This document shows positions 10,362-20,489 of a stretch of DNA of 60,219 nt, piece after piece. The DNA comes from an uncultured Candidatus Saccharibacteria bacterium (GTDB lineage Bacteria; Patescibacteriota; Saccharimonadia; Saccharimonadales; UBA10212), in assembly GCA_964400155.1 (NCBI GenBank), contig CAYNSQ010000004.1, positions 1 to 60,219 on the forward strand, written 5' to 3'. The position numbers and the translations under genes were made by a program. Every line of letters starts with the position of its first letter. The first letter of the stretch is position 1. Under the pieces are notes generated by a model. It saw only the letters and a list, made by a program, of their open reading frames with translations, was not told where the DNA came from and ran no database searches.

Positions 10362-10768
10362 GATATTCTCTCTTCGTCATCTGCTTTTAGAAAGTCATCT
10401 AAAATGGCTGCCGCAGCATGAGCATCTACATCATGTTCACTGCTATGACTTTTAGCAAGTTCACTTGTCAACGCTTCGTCTTGAAAATACCAGACTACGC
10501 CGTGTTTTGGTTTGGACGATTTAACCCATTGTCTTGTCCATTTTGTCTGGCCGGTTTCGTTACCATTGAGACTTCTAGGCAAACCTACAACTATAGTATC
10601 CACTGAATATTCACGAATTAATTTTTCCAAACAATCATCAATTTTTTCGGTAGCTACTGACATTAATGGTTCTGGCAATTTTGCTATCCAAGAAGCTCTG
10701 GCTATGCCCGTTCTTCTAAGTCCCACGTCTAGAGCCAATACCTGCCCAACGGCGGTGTTATGGTTCAT
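10355..10768 (-). CDS. ruvX: YqgF/RuvX nuclease
   Basis: LALDVGLRRTGIA, IVVGLP, QDEALTS, DAHAAAAIL. Confidence 0.9.
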   Translation of the reverse strand: MNHNTAVGQVLALDVGLRRTGIARASWIAKLPEPLMSVATEKIDDCLEKLIREYSVDTIVVGLPRSLNGNETGQTKWTRQWVKSSKPKHGVVWYFQDEALTSELAKSHSSEHDVDAHAAAAILDDFLKADDEERISC

Positions 10769-12482
10769 TAGTCTTAGTTGTATCCTTTTTTGTAGTCTTT
10801 TCTGCTTTAACTACAATTGTAACTTTGCTGGTTTTCTTAGGAACTTTTGACACATAGAATGGTCTCATTTGTACCTCAACTGTTTTGACACCCGACAACT
10901 TGCTAAGTTGATCTTTGATTCCCGCAGACTTAAGTCCGCCAACTTGTTTTTTAATTAACTCAGTGTCCAAGATTGGAATAGCTGATAAGGTTTGATCAAC
11001 ATTAATAGTTACATCATTAGGAGTAGCACCATTTTGGTCGACTATGCTGGCGCCATTTAGTACATCGTCTGTCTCAAGTTTTTGTTTCTTGGTATTAACT
11101 TGTGACAAAGCCTGCTTTTTGACTGCCTCTTCAAGATGAGATTTTTTAACAGTATAGATTGTATAGGTAATTTTAGTAGTTACCGTTGCCGTGGTTGCAG
11201 GCTGCCCAACTGCCGGCGAAGATGTAGTTACTGCTTCACCAATCTTCAGTGTTGAAGGCAGAGGAAACTCACCGGCTTTAACTAAGTCGGCTTCAAATTT
11301 ACGTACAAAAGTATCAGATGATTCTGATGTTACTTTTTCTTTGGCTTTATCAAGGTCAGCTTGAGAAACAACAGTAGTAATATTATCAGTACCTCCAGTC
11401 ATTGAACTAGTAGAGACACCGCTTATCCCTGGGAAGCCAGCCACACTAAAACTACTAGGACCAATGTTATACTTTGTCCCGCCTGACTGTGCTTTTACAT
11501 TTCCACTTCCTACATGCGCACCAGATGCTTTACATACTCCTCCAGATGTAAATTCACCATCTGCTAATGCTACAGAGGATTGTAATATGTAGGTTAGTCC
11601 ACCAGAACTAACTCCTGTGCCTGCGGGTAAGGTAACAGCATTGTCTGTACAGTTTGTAAAAGTAACATTCCCTGTGGCTTTTTCTCCATTGTTTTGTTGT
11701 CCGGTTGCTGTAACCGACTGAACAGAGGTTTGTTCTATTGTTTTGGTAGTAATTGGTATGATTTTCTTTTCAGCATTATATTCTTTGGCACTATCAGATG
11801 TTGTTAGCGTAAATTTGGTATCAACCGGTATGCTTTCTGTCTGAATTGTGATAACAGCCGCTGGCCATACTTTTAGAACCATTACAAGTAATACTATAAG
11901 GGCAATTATACCTACCGTACCTAGTCCAAGCATTACCCTGAATTTGTCGAAATTTGGAATTTTTACTTTATCTTTTTTAGATTTCTTGGACTTTTCATCA
12001 TCCACGTTTTTGCCAGACTCGTCATCTTCATCGCCAAGCTCTACTTCTTCTTCATCAGGTATTGCCGCCAATGCCCCAACACTTCTATGGTAATCCAGCG
12101 TGGTTGGTACTTCTTCTCCGTCATCTGCCAAATCTTCGGGTATGTCAGCCTCTTTTGTGTCTGAAGCTTTTGCGCCACGAGGTGCCAGGGGTACTTCAGG
12201 TTTGGACTGTAAATTTTTGGCAACATGAATTTTCGCAGCACCAGCAAGTGGCATTAGCGAATCTTCTGAGGATATCAACACTACACTTTTACCGGCTTTG
12301 TCAGCGTTACGTTTTAGAAGACGCATGTTGACTATGCTTTGAAGGCTAGCAGCCCTCTTAGGTAGGACTAAGGCGACAACTTTGTTATCGGCAGACTGAA
12401 CTTTCTCAATAATAGACGTAATATCATCGTCCGGTTCTAGATAAATAGTATCTTTAGTGGGTTTGGCTGGAACTTTATTCAT
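10758..12482 (-). CDS. Bitopic membrane protein with a baseplate J/gp47-like extracellular region; function unknown
   Basis: Compact N-terminal domain (IYLEPDDDITSII...), acidic linker, one TM, then Gly/Thr-rich beta region (GEKATGNVTFTN, AQSGGTKYNIG, GGTDNITTVVSQADLDKAK). Likely start is ATG 12482 although the ORF opens at 12518. Confidence 0.65.
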   Translation of the reverse strand: MNKVPAKPTKDTIYLEPDDDITSIIEKVQSADNKVVALVLPKRAASLQSIVNMRLLKRNADKAGKSVVLISSEDSLMPLAGAAKIHVAKNLQSKPEVPLAPRGAKASDTKEADIPEDLADDGEEVPTTLDYHRSVGALAAIPDEEEVELGDEDDESGKNVDDEKSKKSKKDKVKIPNFDKFRVMLGLGTVGIIALIVLLVMVLKVWPAAVITIQTESIPVDTKFTLTTSDSAKEYNAEKKIIPITTKTIEQTSVQSVTATGQQNNGEKATGNVTFTNCTDNAVTLPAGTGVSSGGLTYILQSSVALADGEFTSGGVCKASGAHVGSGNVKAQSGGTKYNIGPSSFSVAGFPGISGVSTSSMTGGTDNITTVVSQADLDKAKEKVTSESSDTFVRKFEADLVKAGEFPLPSTLKIGEAVTTSSPAVGQPATTATVTTKITYTIYTVKKSHLEEAVKKQALSQVNTKKQKLETDDVLNGASIVDQNGATPNDVTINVDQTLSAIPILDTELIKKQVGGLKSAGIKDQLSKLSGVKTVEVQMRPFYVSKVPKKTSKVTIVVKAEKTTKKDTTKTNEP

Positions 12483-12522
12483 AGCGCACCACCTTGGAGG
12501 AGATTTGTCATTGAACACTGAG

Positions 12523-12633
12523 CATTTGGCATTGATTTAACATTTGGCATTTGGCAAGTATTCAAAAAGTTCGTTTTGGCAAATGATACCTGATAAATAA
12601 ATGGTAAATAGTAAATAGTAAATGGTAAATGGT
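12523..12633. repeat. Intergenic heptamer tandem repeats: CATTTGG x3 and AAATRGT x5
   Basis: CATTTGG at 12523, 12541, 12548; AAATGGT/AAATAGT in five consecutive units at 12599-12633. Confidence 0.85.
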
Positions 12634-12636
12634 AAT

Positions 12637-14037
12637 TCATGTTCTTAGAATCCTATTAAGTTTACCTTTAACAGTAGGTTCTTCGCCAGCTTCACCACTT
12701 GCCATAGTGTCAACTCCGACTCTTAAAAGACCCATGGCTGTTATATATGTATGATCTGTTATATCACCAGTTGTGTCAGTTATACCTACAACTTCAGTTG
12801 GGTTAATATACTTAACTTCCGGTTTTTTAGAGAAAGCAAGACTGTCATGCCAATCCCCATTTTGCAGTTCTTCTTTAAGCATTTCCAGGCTAGAACCTCC
12901 ACCACACAAAAGAATTCGACTAGGTAGTCTTTCTAGTGTGGTAAATTCCGCCAGTGCCAGCTCTACACCTGACGCCCAGACATTAAGCGTTTTTTTCAGA
13001 GATTTTTCCAACTCTGGTTTTTTGTTTTCAACTACCTTGCCTTCGCTCAAACTAAGTTTTAGAGCTTCCGCCTTAGCAAAATCAATTCCTAGGTCACGCT
13101 CAACCGCATGAGTAAATGCTCTTCCGCCAATGCCAAACATCTTGGTGCCTTCCACCCCACCTTCGTTGACTACAGCAATATCTGTAGTACCACCACCGAC
13201 GTCCATAAGAATAGCGCTAACTTCAGCCGAAGGTTCGTCGCCTACAACAGAGCGGGCTACCGCAAAAGGTTCGGCCGCTACAGCCAACAGCTCAAGGTCT
13301 AATTCATGTGCAGTGCGCTCCAGCGCACCTATATGAATCATCGGCGCAAAGGCTGTATACATCTCAACTGTTACGTCCTTACCCTGAAAACCAACCGGAT
13401 TAGTAACTTTATAGCCGTCTATTTCTATTCTCACCAGCGCACTGTTGACTAAACGCACGTCTACTTCTTTTCCACCAAGTTCCCACGCCAGAGAGGATCT
13501 TGCTTTGGCCTCAGCCCTTTCTTGGACTAAATGAATAACACGAGCAACTTCCTGTTCATCAAGTTCTTTAGTAGAATTTTTTCTGGTGAACCGAACAGTT
13601 GTGGTTGTTCCTTTAACTAATTCTCCGGCTATTCCCAAAACGGCTGTTCGTGCACTAACTCCTGCCTGTTGTTCTGCAGCGGCCAGAGCCCTATCACAAT
13701 TTGCTACAACTGCAGAAATGTCAGCAATTGCACCCGCCTGCATATCAGATAATGATTGATGCATACGACCAACACCAATTATTTCTACACTATTGCCTGT
13801 GACTCGTCCGACTAAAGCTTTTACATACTCTGTGCCTACATCAAGACCAACGATATAGTTGTCTCCCGGGCTAGCAGACTTTTTCAAAGTTCCAATCTTG
13901 GAGACTTGCCCTTTAACACTGCTGTGCAATGATTTAGCCAGCGCACCTGACTTTTTAGCAGCTGTTCCAAGCAAGGCCTTTTTATCCTTGGATTTTGGTT
14001 TTGTAACCACGTCCGAGCTGTTGTCGCGTATTTCCAT
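12637..14037 (-). CDS. FtsA-like actin-fold ATPase
   Basis: VGLDVGTEYVK, FtsA-type 1C insertion, AEPFAVA, LMDVGGGTTDIAV, LCGGGSSL; no ftsZ alongside. Confidence 0.8.
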   Translation of the reverse strand: MEIRDNSSDVVTKPKSKDKKALLGTAAKKSGALAKSLHSSVKGQVSKIGTLKKSASPGDNYIVGLDVGTEYVKALVGRVTGNSVEIIGVGRMHQSLSDMQAGAIADISAVVANCDRALAAAEQQAGVSARTAVLGIAGELVKGTTTTVRFTRKNSTKELDEQEVARVIHLVQERAEAKARSSLAWELGGKEVDVRLVNSALVRIEIDGYKVTNPVGFQGKDVTVEMYTAFAPMIHIGALERTAHELDLELLAVAAEPFAVARSVVGDEPSAEVSAILMDVGGGTTDIAVVNEGGVEGTKMFGIGGRAFTHAVERDLGIDFAKAEALKLSLSEGKVVENKKPELEKSLKKTLNVWASGVELALAEFTTLERLPSRILLCGGGSSLEMLKEELQNGDWHDSLAFSKKPEVKYINPTEVVGITDTTGDITDHTYITAMGLLRVGVDTMASGEAGEEPTVKGKLNRILRT

Positions 14038-14132
14038 GTTATTCTGTATTTTTTAAAGTGTGTTTAAGAAGCATTATCGGTATAAATTATACCATGCCCA
14101 ACTCTGTTCCAGCCACTTAGCTAAACGGTTTT

Positions 14133-16016
14133 TTAGGTTAGAACTGCTTTAACACGACGGACACCAGCAGATGATGCTTCTTCTTTTGTAATCTTAAACA
14201 CTTTACCGCCGTCACCAATTTGACCGGTGTGTTGAACATGCGGACCGCCACAAATTTCACGACTGAATGGACTAGCCGGGTCACCAATGGTGTAAACCTT
14301 AACAACATCCCCATACTTGTCGCCAAATGCACCACTGGCTGTTTTGAGAGCTTCCACAGTAGATTCTTCTTTCCAGCTGACAGGTAGATCTTCGGCAATT
14401 TTTTCATTCACTATGTTCTCAACTTCGTCCAGTTGCTGGCGTGTGACTTTTTCTGGATGTGAAAAATCAAATCGGAGACGCTCAGCTGTAATATTACTAC
14501 CTCTCTGTACAACGTGATTACCTAGCACTTGTTTGAGTGCTTGGTACATTAAATGTGTTGCCGTATGATACTTCACAACCTGCTCTGAATGATCAGCCAA
14601 ACCTCCCTTAAACATACCCTGCGAAGCTGTTTGTGACCTCTCCCTTTGTTCTTTCATTAGGCCATCAAAACCATCACGCCATCCGTCTTCTAACTGAATA
14701 TTCAGATTTACCGCTTCCTCGGTAATTAGCTCTACCGGAAAACCATAGGTATCATAAAGTTTGAAAATTACTTGACTTGTTAAGTATTTCTTTTCTCCTG
14801 CTAATTTTTCGAGTTCATGAATACCCTTTCGTAGCGTGCTACGGAAAAGTCTTTCTTCACGCACCATAGCCTCTACGACTTGATCTTCGTTTTCTAGCAG
14901 TTCCGGGAAATCATTTCTGTAAATTTCAGCAATTATAGGTACAACTTTTTCACATAAGTCATTTTCAATTCCCAGATCAAAGGCAAATCTTATAGCCCGA
15001 CGCATTAGTCGCCGTACTACATAGCCTTGTTCTTTGTTGCTTGGATGAGCACCATCAACTACTAAAAACATCGCAGCCCGTAAATGGTCTGCAATCACTC
15101 GCATACTTTGGGTGTGATCAACATATTTCTTGCCACTCAACAGCTCCAAACCTTCTATAATTGGCCAGAGCAGGCTTATTTTAAATACATCCGGGTCACC
15201 TATTGCCACAGCTGCAATTCTCTCCAAACCACCACCAAAGTCGACATTTGGAGCCGGTAACTCCTCAAAACCGTCTTTAGTTTTTTTATACGCCATAAAA
15301 ACCGAATTACCAATTTCTAAAAATCTGCCACAATCGCAGTTGGGGTGACAAAACTTACCCCATTTTTCATCATGTGGAGTGCCAAAATCATAGAATACCT
15401 CACTGTCTGGTCCGCCTGGTTCACCCTCTGGCATATTGGTAGGTACGCCGTTACGGCTCCACCAGTTCTTTTTAGCATCATAAAAGAAAATTCGATTATT
15501 TCCAGATAAGAAGTCTTGATGGTAGCCTTGTTCTTCGCTACCAACCTCTGCATCATCGGCACTTATATTTTTTTGCGCAAAGAGTTTTTTCCAAATTTCA
15601 GCGCTTTCACTATCTTTTGGCACACCGTTTGACTCGTCGCCACTAAAGCATGTTACGTAGAGTTTTTTAGGATCTAAGCCAACTTCATCTACTAAAAATG
15701 TGAAAAACCAATCCAGTTGTTGCTCTTTGTAATAATCCCCCAGGCTCCAGTTGCCCAGCATTTCAAAAAAAGTTGTGTGACGGTTGTCGCCAACTTCATC
15801 CATATCCTCTGCCCGAAAACATGTTTGGCTGTCTACTATTCGCTTACCTTCAGGGTGTTCTTCACCCAATAGATATGGAATTAGCGGTTGCATACCACTA
15901 CCTGTAAACAGTGTGGTGGGGTCATTTTGCGGTATCAAAAGAGCACGTGGCACCTGCCGATGACCATTTTTAACCATAAAATCAAAGTATTTTTGTCTAA
16001 TTTCCTGAGCAGTCAT
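14133..16016 (-). CDS. alaS: Alanine--tRNA ligase, short form without the C-Ala domain
   Basis: HTTFFEMLGNWSLGDYYK, DFGGGLERI, editing motifs HTATH and CGGPH. Start ATG 16016 lies 7 nt after a TGnTAGAAT box. Confidence 0.95.
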   Translation of the reverse strand: MTAQEIRQKYFDFMVKNGHRQVPRALLIPQNDPTTLFTGSGMQPLIPYLLGEEHPEGKRIVDSQTCFRAEDMDEVGDNRHTTFFEMLGNWSLGDYYKEQQLDWFFTFLVDEVGLDPKKLYVTCFSGDESNGVPKDSESAEIWKKLFAQKNISADDAEVGSEEQGYHQDFLSGNNRIFFYDAKKNWWSRNGVPTNMPEGEPGGPDSEVFYDFGTPHDEKWGKFCHPNCDCGRFLEIGNSVFMAYKKTKDGFEELPAPNVDFGGGLERIAAVAIGDPDVFKISLLWPIIEGLELLSGKKYVDHTQSMRVIADHLRAAMFLVVDGAHPSNKEQGYVVRRLMRRAIRFAFDLGIENDLCEKVVPIIAEIYRNDFPELLENEDQVVEAMVREERLFRSTLRKGIHELEKLAGEKKYLTSQVIFKLYDTYGFPVELITEEAVNLNIQLEDGWRDGFDGLMKEQRERSQTASQGMFKGGLADHSEQVVKYHTATHLMYQALKQVLGNHVVQRGSNITAERLRFDFSHPEKVTRQQLDEVENIVNEKIAEDLPVSWKEESTVEALKTASGAFGDKYGDVVKVYTIGDPASPFSREICGGPHVQHTGQIGDGGKVFKITKEEASSAGVRRVKAVLT

Positions 16017-16034
16017 ATCACCTATTCTAACAAG

Positions 16035-16066
16035 AAACACCTCTGATTAGAACAGAGGTGTTTTTT
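16035..16066. terminator. Intrinsic terminator, possibly bidirectional
   Basis: 11-bp stem AAACACCTCTG/CAGAGGTGTTT, 7-nt loop, T-rich flanks, just downstream of 16085..16267. Confidence 0.75.
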
Positions 16067-16084
16067 AAAACCTTTCGTATAGTT

Positions 16085-16267
16085 TTAGACGACTGGTGGT
16101 GTTGGTGTGGAAGGTGGAGTCGAGTTATCCGCAGGTGGAGTAGGTGCTGCTGGTGCCGGAGCCGGTGCTGAGTTATCAGCAGTAGGAGCTGGTGCTGCTG
16201 AGGCATCTGGCGCTTGTGCTACCGGTGCGTCGTCTTTTTTCTTTTTGAAGAAGTTGAATAGTCCCAT
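16085..16267 (-). CDS. Small Pro/Ala-rich hypothetical protein
   Basis: MGLFNFFKKKK start, low-complexity PA tail, followed by a terminator. Confidence 0.6.
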   Translation of the reverse strand: MGLFNFFKKKKDDAPVAQAPDASAAPAPTADNSAPAPAPAAPTPPADNSTPPSTPTPPVV

Positions 16268-16324
16268 GTTGTTACCCTTTTCTTAAATTTAGTATCTGTC
16301 TCTTTTATGTTACCACCGCTAATT

Positions 16325-17392
16325 CTAAACGACAATCCCCCCACCTAGACATTCAGCATCGCTGTAAAAAACAGCTGATTGCCCCGGGGTAAGCGCCCTA
16401 ACATCTTCGGCTAACTCTGCAACCCACTCTTTATTTGGGTTCTGTGAAAGTCTATTCACAATAACCAGTTTTGCCCTGTGACGAGTCCGCACATAGACCT
16501 GCGATCTGAGATCTGAGATCTGCGATCTGTCATTAATCCAATGAACATCGGTTAGTTTGATGACATTTTTCCAAAGATTTTCATCTTGGATGTCGGTAGT
16601 GACATAGACTTCATTTTTAGCCATATCTTTACCGACTACGTAGTATGGCAAACCACCTCCAACCTCTAGACCATGTCTCTGACCAATGGTATAAAAAATT
16701 GCACCATCATGTTCACCAATATTCTGGTCATGCTGGTCGATTATTGCTCCAGGTTTACTTTTATAATACTGTTGCAGAAAATCTTTAATTCCAACCTTAC
16801 CAACAAAACATATCCCCATACTTTCTTTCTTTTCGGCGGTAACTAAATTGTTATCCAAGGCAATTTTTCTTACTTCCGGTTTGGTCAGCTCACCCAAAGG
16901 GAAAAGAGTCTTTGCCAAAGCCTCTTGAGTAATTCTATATAAAAAGTAAGTTTGATCTTTATTTTCATCTTTTGCACGTAGTAGATGGTAGTTTTTTGCT
17001 GGCGTGTGCATCACTCGGGCATAGTGACCTGTTGCAATAAAATCAGCACCGTCATCAAGACAGGTGTTAAGAAACAGTTTGAACTTAACTTCTTGGTTGC
17101 ACATTACATCCGGGTTGGGTGTGCGGCCGGCACGAAATTCTTCCAGCATATAGTCCACCACTTTGTGTTGATATTCTTTTTGAAAATCATACATTTTAAA
17201 GTCTATACCCAACTGCACAGCAACCCTCTTGGCATCTTGATAATCATCCATCCAAGGGCATGGCATACCGGGCAAATCTTTGCTCCAATTCTTCATGTAA
17301 ACACCTACTACACGGAAGCCCTGCTGCTTTAAAAGCAAGGCGGCAACTGAAGAATCAACTCCTCCGGACAAACCAACAAAAACAGTTTTCAT
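16325..17392 (-). CDS. mnmA: tRNA 2-thiouridylase MnmA
   Basis: SGGVDSS, TPNPDVMCN, ATGHYAR, KDQTYFL, ESMGICF, TPGQSAVFY. Confidence 0.97.
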   Translation of the reverse strand: MKTVFVGLSGGVDSSVAALLLKQQGFRVVGVYMKNWSKDLPGMPCPWMDDYQDAKRVAVQLGIDFKMYDFQKEYQHKVVDYMLEEFRAGRTPNPDVMCNQEVKFKLFLNTCLDDGADFIATGHYARVMHTPAKNYHLLRAKDENKDQTYFLYRITQEALAKTLFPLGELTKPEVRKIALDNNLVTAEKKESMGICFVGKVGIKDFLQQYYKSKPGAIIDQHDQNIGEHDGAIFYTIGQRHGLEVGGGLPYYVVGKDMAKNEVYVTTDIQDENLWKNVIKLTDVHWINDRSQISDLRSQVYVRTRHRAKLVIVNRLSQNPNKEWVAELAEDVRALTPGQSAVFYSDAECLGGGIVV

Positions 17393-17425
17393 CTGTTAAA
17401 GTTTACCACTTCAACCGACTAACAG

Positions 17426-18319
17426 CTAAACTGGAGATTTGCCGCGTCTCAGATTGTCTCGAATTTTTTGAATTTGGTGTTTTTTACCTAACCAAAAAGT
17501 AGACAGAACAACAGGGAATAACAGTAAAAGTATTGCCCAAAAAAAGACCGGTATTTGTGGTGTGCCAGCAGCTACAGTGTTACCGCCAGCAGCTGATTGC
17601 TGGATTGGCCCATTGGCAATGCCAACCACCTGTAAGAAGGCTGATTGACCAGTAGAATCAGTTGCTTTAATGATAATGTTATAAATTCCTGATTTATTGT
17701 ATGTGTGCTCAAGATCTAGGTTGCCCGGTTCTGACCTGCTTATCAGGTCTGTTTTGCTTTGATCGCCCCAATCTATACTTATGGCATAAGGGCCTTTGCC
17801 TCCACTTAGGGTAATTGGCCAAGTTAGAATAGCCCCAGGATCAGCACCTCTTTTGGCATATAAAGTAGTTAAGGACAGACGTGGTCCGCTTGAGGCAAAT
17901 CCGGTGCTAAAGGTCACACTGACCAAGTTTGAATCAGGACTTGCTTGATTTAGGGCATCATATTGTCTGGCTACTAAATCGTTCTTTCCGTCAAAAAGGT
18001 CAATCTGCATTGAATAACTACTTGCTTTACAAACAGCCGAACCAGCAAATACATTATTTTTGAACACTTCGACTAACAAATCAGTTTTACAAAGACCGCT
18101 GACATTTATTGGCAACGAGTTAAAATTTTGCCCATTGGTCGGTATGTTGATGGTAGGTGCCTGAGTTGGCGGATTGGCTGGAATAACTCCTTCTATCCCC
18201 ACTGAACCGTCTTGCGAAGCAGCATAAGCTACTGGCAATGAACAAATAACAATGAACAATGAACAAACACCAACCAATATGGCGCTTGTGGGTCGGATAA
18301 TGTTTTTATATCCCACCAT
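17426..18319 (-). CDS. Secreted Ig-like/PKD-domain protein with a C-terminal TM anchor
   Basis: Signal peptide, beta-rich domains, PKD-like YAISIDWGD...HTYNKSGIYNIIIKATDS, TM plus basic tail. Confidence 0.7.
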   Translation of the reverse strand: MVGYKNIIRPTSAILVGVCSLFIVICSLPVAYAASQDGSVGIEGVIPANPPTQAPTINIPTNGQNFNSLPINVSGLCKTDLLVEVFKNNVFAGSAVCKASSYSMQIDLFDGKNDLVARQYDALNQASPDSNLVSVTFSTGFASSGPRLSLTTLYAKRGADPGAILTWPITLSGGKGPYAISIDWGDQSKTDLISRSEPGNLDLEHTYNKSGIYNIIIKATDSTGQSAFLQVVGIANGPIQQSAAGGNTVAAGTPQIPVFFWAILLLLFPVVLSTFWLGKKHQIQKIRDNLRRGKSPV

Positions 18320-18339
18320 TTACTAATACCTAAACTTTA

Positions 18340-19419
18340 TTAATATCCTCTATGTGAGTCGCGCTGGTGGGTGCCCTTCTTGTAACGACGTCGAGCATAT
18401 AGTACAGCTACAACGAGTATTCCGACTATGACTAGAATAGCAATGAATAACCAAGCTGGTAAGTACCAAAAACTCTTGCTAAGAACTAGAACATCAGATC
18501 CCTGACCGTAAGATACGTTAGCCGTAACAGTATATCTACCCGGTTTATCTACATTTTTAATTTCATTTATAAAGGTTCTTTTGCTATTAGGTAGTACGTT
18601 TGATTTAACTTTTTGACCATTAAGTTGGTAGCTATATACGCGTCCACCAAAAGTACGACTTACTTCTACGGTTCCGTACGGTTTGGTAAAGCCATTACCA
18701 AGATTGTTAACTTCTACACCAACTCTATTAGGTTGTGAGAAGAAAAGAGTGCTTTCTCGAGGTGCATTTTTTGGACCGTTGTAAACTTTTATACCAGTTA
18801 GCTGAACTTGTTCCTTAATTTGACCAGGTACGGTTACTAACACGATTGTACCTACGCTAGCTGACAAAGAAACTTCACCGGGAGCAGGAGCCGACCCAGG
18901 CACTGCCGGAGAGGCTTTATAGCGAATAACCCCATAATAGGCGCCCGCAGGGGTGTCTTTAGGTACTTGAATGGTTACAGTAACCTTTTTTTGTTCTCCA
19001 ATAGCGAGAGGAACATTATCAAGTCCTACAATAAACTTGCGAATACTATTAGGAGATGGTTCTTCGGTGTCTGAAATAAGTTGCGGGTTGCCGGTTGAGT
19101 TGTCTGACTCAAAGTCATTTATTGTTGCAATGGCATTGAGCGGGTTAACAGTAATGTTCTTTAGTGTAATGTCTACTTTGTCAGCTTGACCTGGTTTTAG
19201 CGTGAATTCAGATAAAGTTGGAGAGATTGAAAGTCCACTGCCAGTAGGAGTCTGTGCCGTAGCAACAGCAGTTAAAAGGATTGGCAAAGATATTGCCACC
19301 AGTACTAACCGTCGGTATTTAGAAATAAATTGCCCCATATATAATGTGTTCTCAAGTAGTATACCAAACATACCTGCTTGCAATAAACCCTGCTTTTGCT
19401 TATTCCTTTTCATAATCAT
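18340..19419 (-). CDS. DUF916-like (WxL-interacting, PapD-like fold) protein with a C-terminal TM anchor
   Basis: GLSISPTLSEFTLKPGQ...ITLKN, VTIQVPKDTPAGAYYGVI, a second Ig domain (VEVNNLGNGF...NVLPNSKRTF), TM plus RRRYKK. True start is probably downstream of 19419. Confidence 0.65.
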   Translation of the reverse strand: MIMKRNKQKQGLLQAGMFGILLENTLYMGQFISKYRRLVLVAISLPILLTAVATAQTPTGSGLSISPTLSEFTLKPGQADKVDITLKNITVNPLNAIATINDFESDNSTGNPQLISDTEEPSPNSIRKFIVGLDNVPLAIGEQKKVTVTIQVPKDTPAGAYYGVIRYKASPAVPGSAPAPGEVSLSASVGTIVLVTVPGQIKEQVQLTGIKVYNGPKNAPRESTLFFSQPNRVGVEVNNLGNGFTKPYGTVEVSRTFGGRVYSYQLNGQKVKSNVLPNSKRTFINEIKNVDKPGRYTVTANVSYGQGSDVLVLSKSFWYLPAWLFIAILVIVGILVVAVLYARRRYKKGTHQRDSHRGY

Positions 19420-20483
19420 TAAAATGAGGCAGTCGCTAAATAAGTAATAGTAGTTGAATAGACACCTGCAGGCTGTGGTCCAGCAGCATTTATGAGATAG
19501 CTGACTGTCATTCGAGTGTAATCTGATGACAAGCTAGAACTGGCAATAGAGTCGCCGTTATTATATGTATAGAAGTTTGGAAAATTATAATTAATCATTG
19601 GTAGTCCCGTGCCCACACCAAATGGTTCCTGGCCAATCGGTGGAGAAGAATTGGCTCTTAAATTAAAACCAAACTGTGAAGAACCAACTAGGCTAGGCTG
19701 GGGTATGCTAAGTTCTGGAATTATATTGTTACCCGATGTCATAGTGTTACCAAGCGCATAGACAACGTAGCCACTCGCATCATTTGTAGCAGCTGAAAAT
19801 TGAGAAGTAGCAGCATTGGCAGTTGTTTTGGATATAATTCCAAGATCTATACTATCTCCTAGCGTTGAAGTGCAGTCCAATGCGACTGTTACGCCTACAC
19901 AAAAGTTAAGAAATGGTGGAATATAAGCTGAAATATCGAGCAACGGATTTATGGCGTAAGCAACTGCCCCTTCGTCAATTCGCGCACCACTACCGTCTAT
20001 GGAAGAGTGGGTACTTATCTGAATAAACTCTGAATGAGGGGCATTAGTAGGATTCACTACGTTATCAAACACGTAACTGCTAGGTACCGTCGCCGCAATG
20101 GCAGAAGGTCGTGTTAGTACAATCATATTTGGTGTTGAATTAATAGTGTCAATACTAAAGCCAGTGTTGCCACTCTGGGAAGACAAAACTGCTCCACTTA
20201 GATCCAAGCCAGTTGGAGGGTCGCAGGGCTGGTCAAAAACCGGTGTATTTTCACAGTACAAAAATGTTATAGAACCAACCGCAGCAACACTACTATATGT
20301 AAAGTTAAATACATGGGTTGTATTGGCACCCGGCGCTCCTGAACCAACGCTAATATTACGTAAGGTGAGCTCAGCAGCACCTACGTTGTTTAAAAGTGTA
20401 AATATTACAATTACCAAAACCGAGATGCTGCCTACAAAGATTGTTCGAAGTGGTATTTTTCTACCCACTACTCTACTGCTCAC
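19419..20483 (-). CDS. Secreted two-domain protein with a WxL/pilin-like C-terminus (paralog 5)
   Basis: Signal peptide, FLNFCVG motif, ends GVYSTTITYLATASF. Confidence 0.7.
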   Translation of the reverse strand: MSSRVVGRKIPLRTIFVGSISVLVIVIFTLLNNVGAAELTLRNISVGSGAPGANTTHVFNFTYSSVAAVGSITFLYCENTPVFDQPCDPPTGLDLSGAVLSSQSGNTGFSIDTINSTPNMIVLTRPSAIAATVPSSYVFDNVVNPTNAPHSEFIQISTHSSIDGSGARIDEGAVAYAINPLLDISAYIPPFLNFCVGVTVALDCTSTLGDSIDLGIISKTTANAATSQFSAATNDASGYVVYALGNTMTSGNNIIPELSIPQPSLVGSSQFGFNLRANSSPPIGQEPFGVGTGLPMINYNFPNFYTYNNGDSIASSSLSSDYTRMTVSYLINAAGPQPAGVYSTTITYLATASF

Positions 20484-20489
20484 AATTAA

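Noticed and set aside
10758-12518. Baseplate-J-like gene as part of a T6SS or tailocin
   Set aside because: No sheath, tube, spike or other baseplate genes are present, and the protein has a TM anchor in a housekeeping operon.
9278-14093. GGTAT-N-ATACC palindromes before the LysM-CHAP gene (about 9278-9293) and the ftsA-like gene (14079-14093) as a shared operator
   Set aside because: The spacers differ (6 versus 5 nt), and one arm is simply the TGGTATAAT -10 box.
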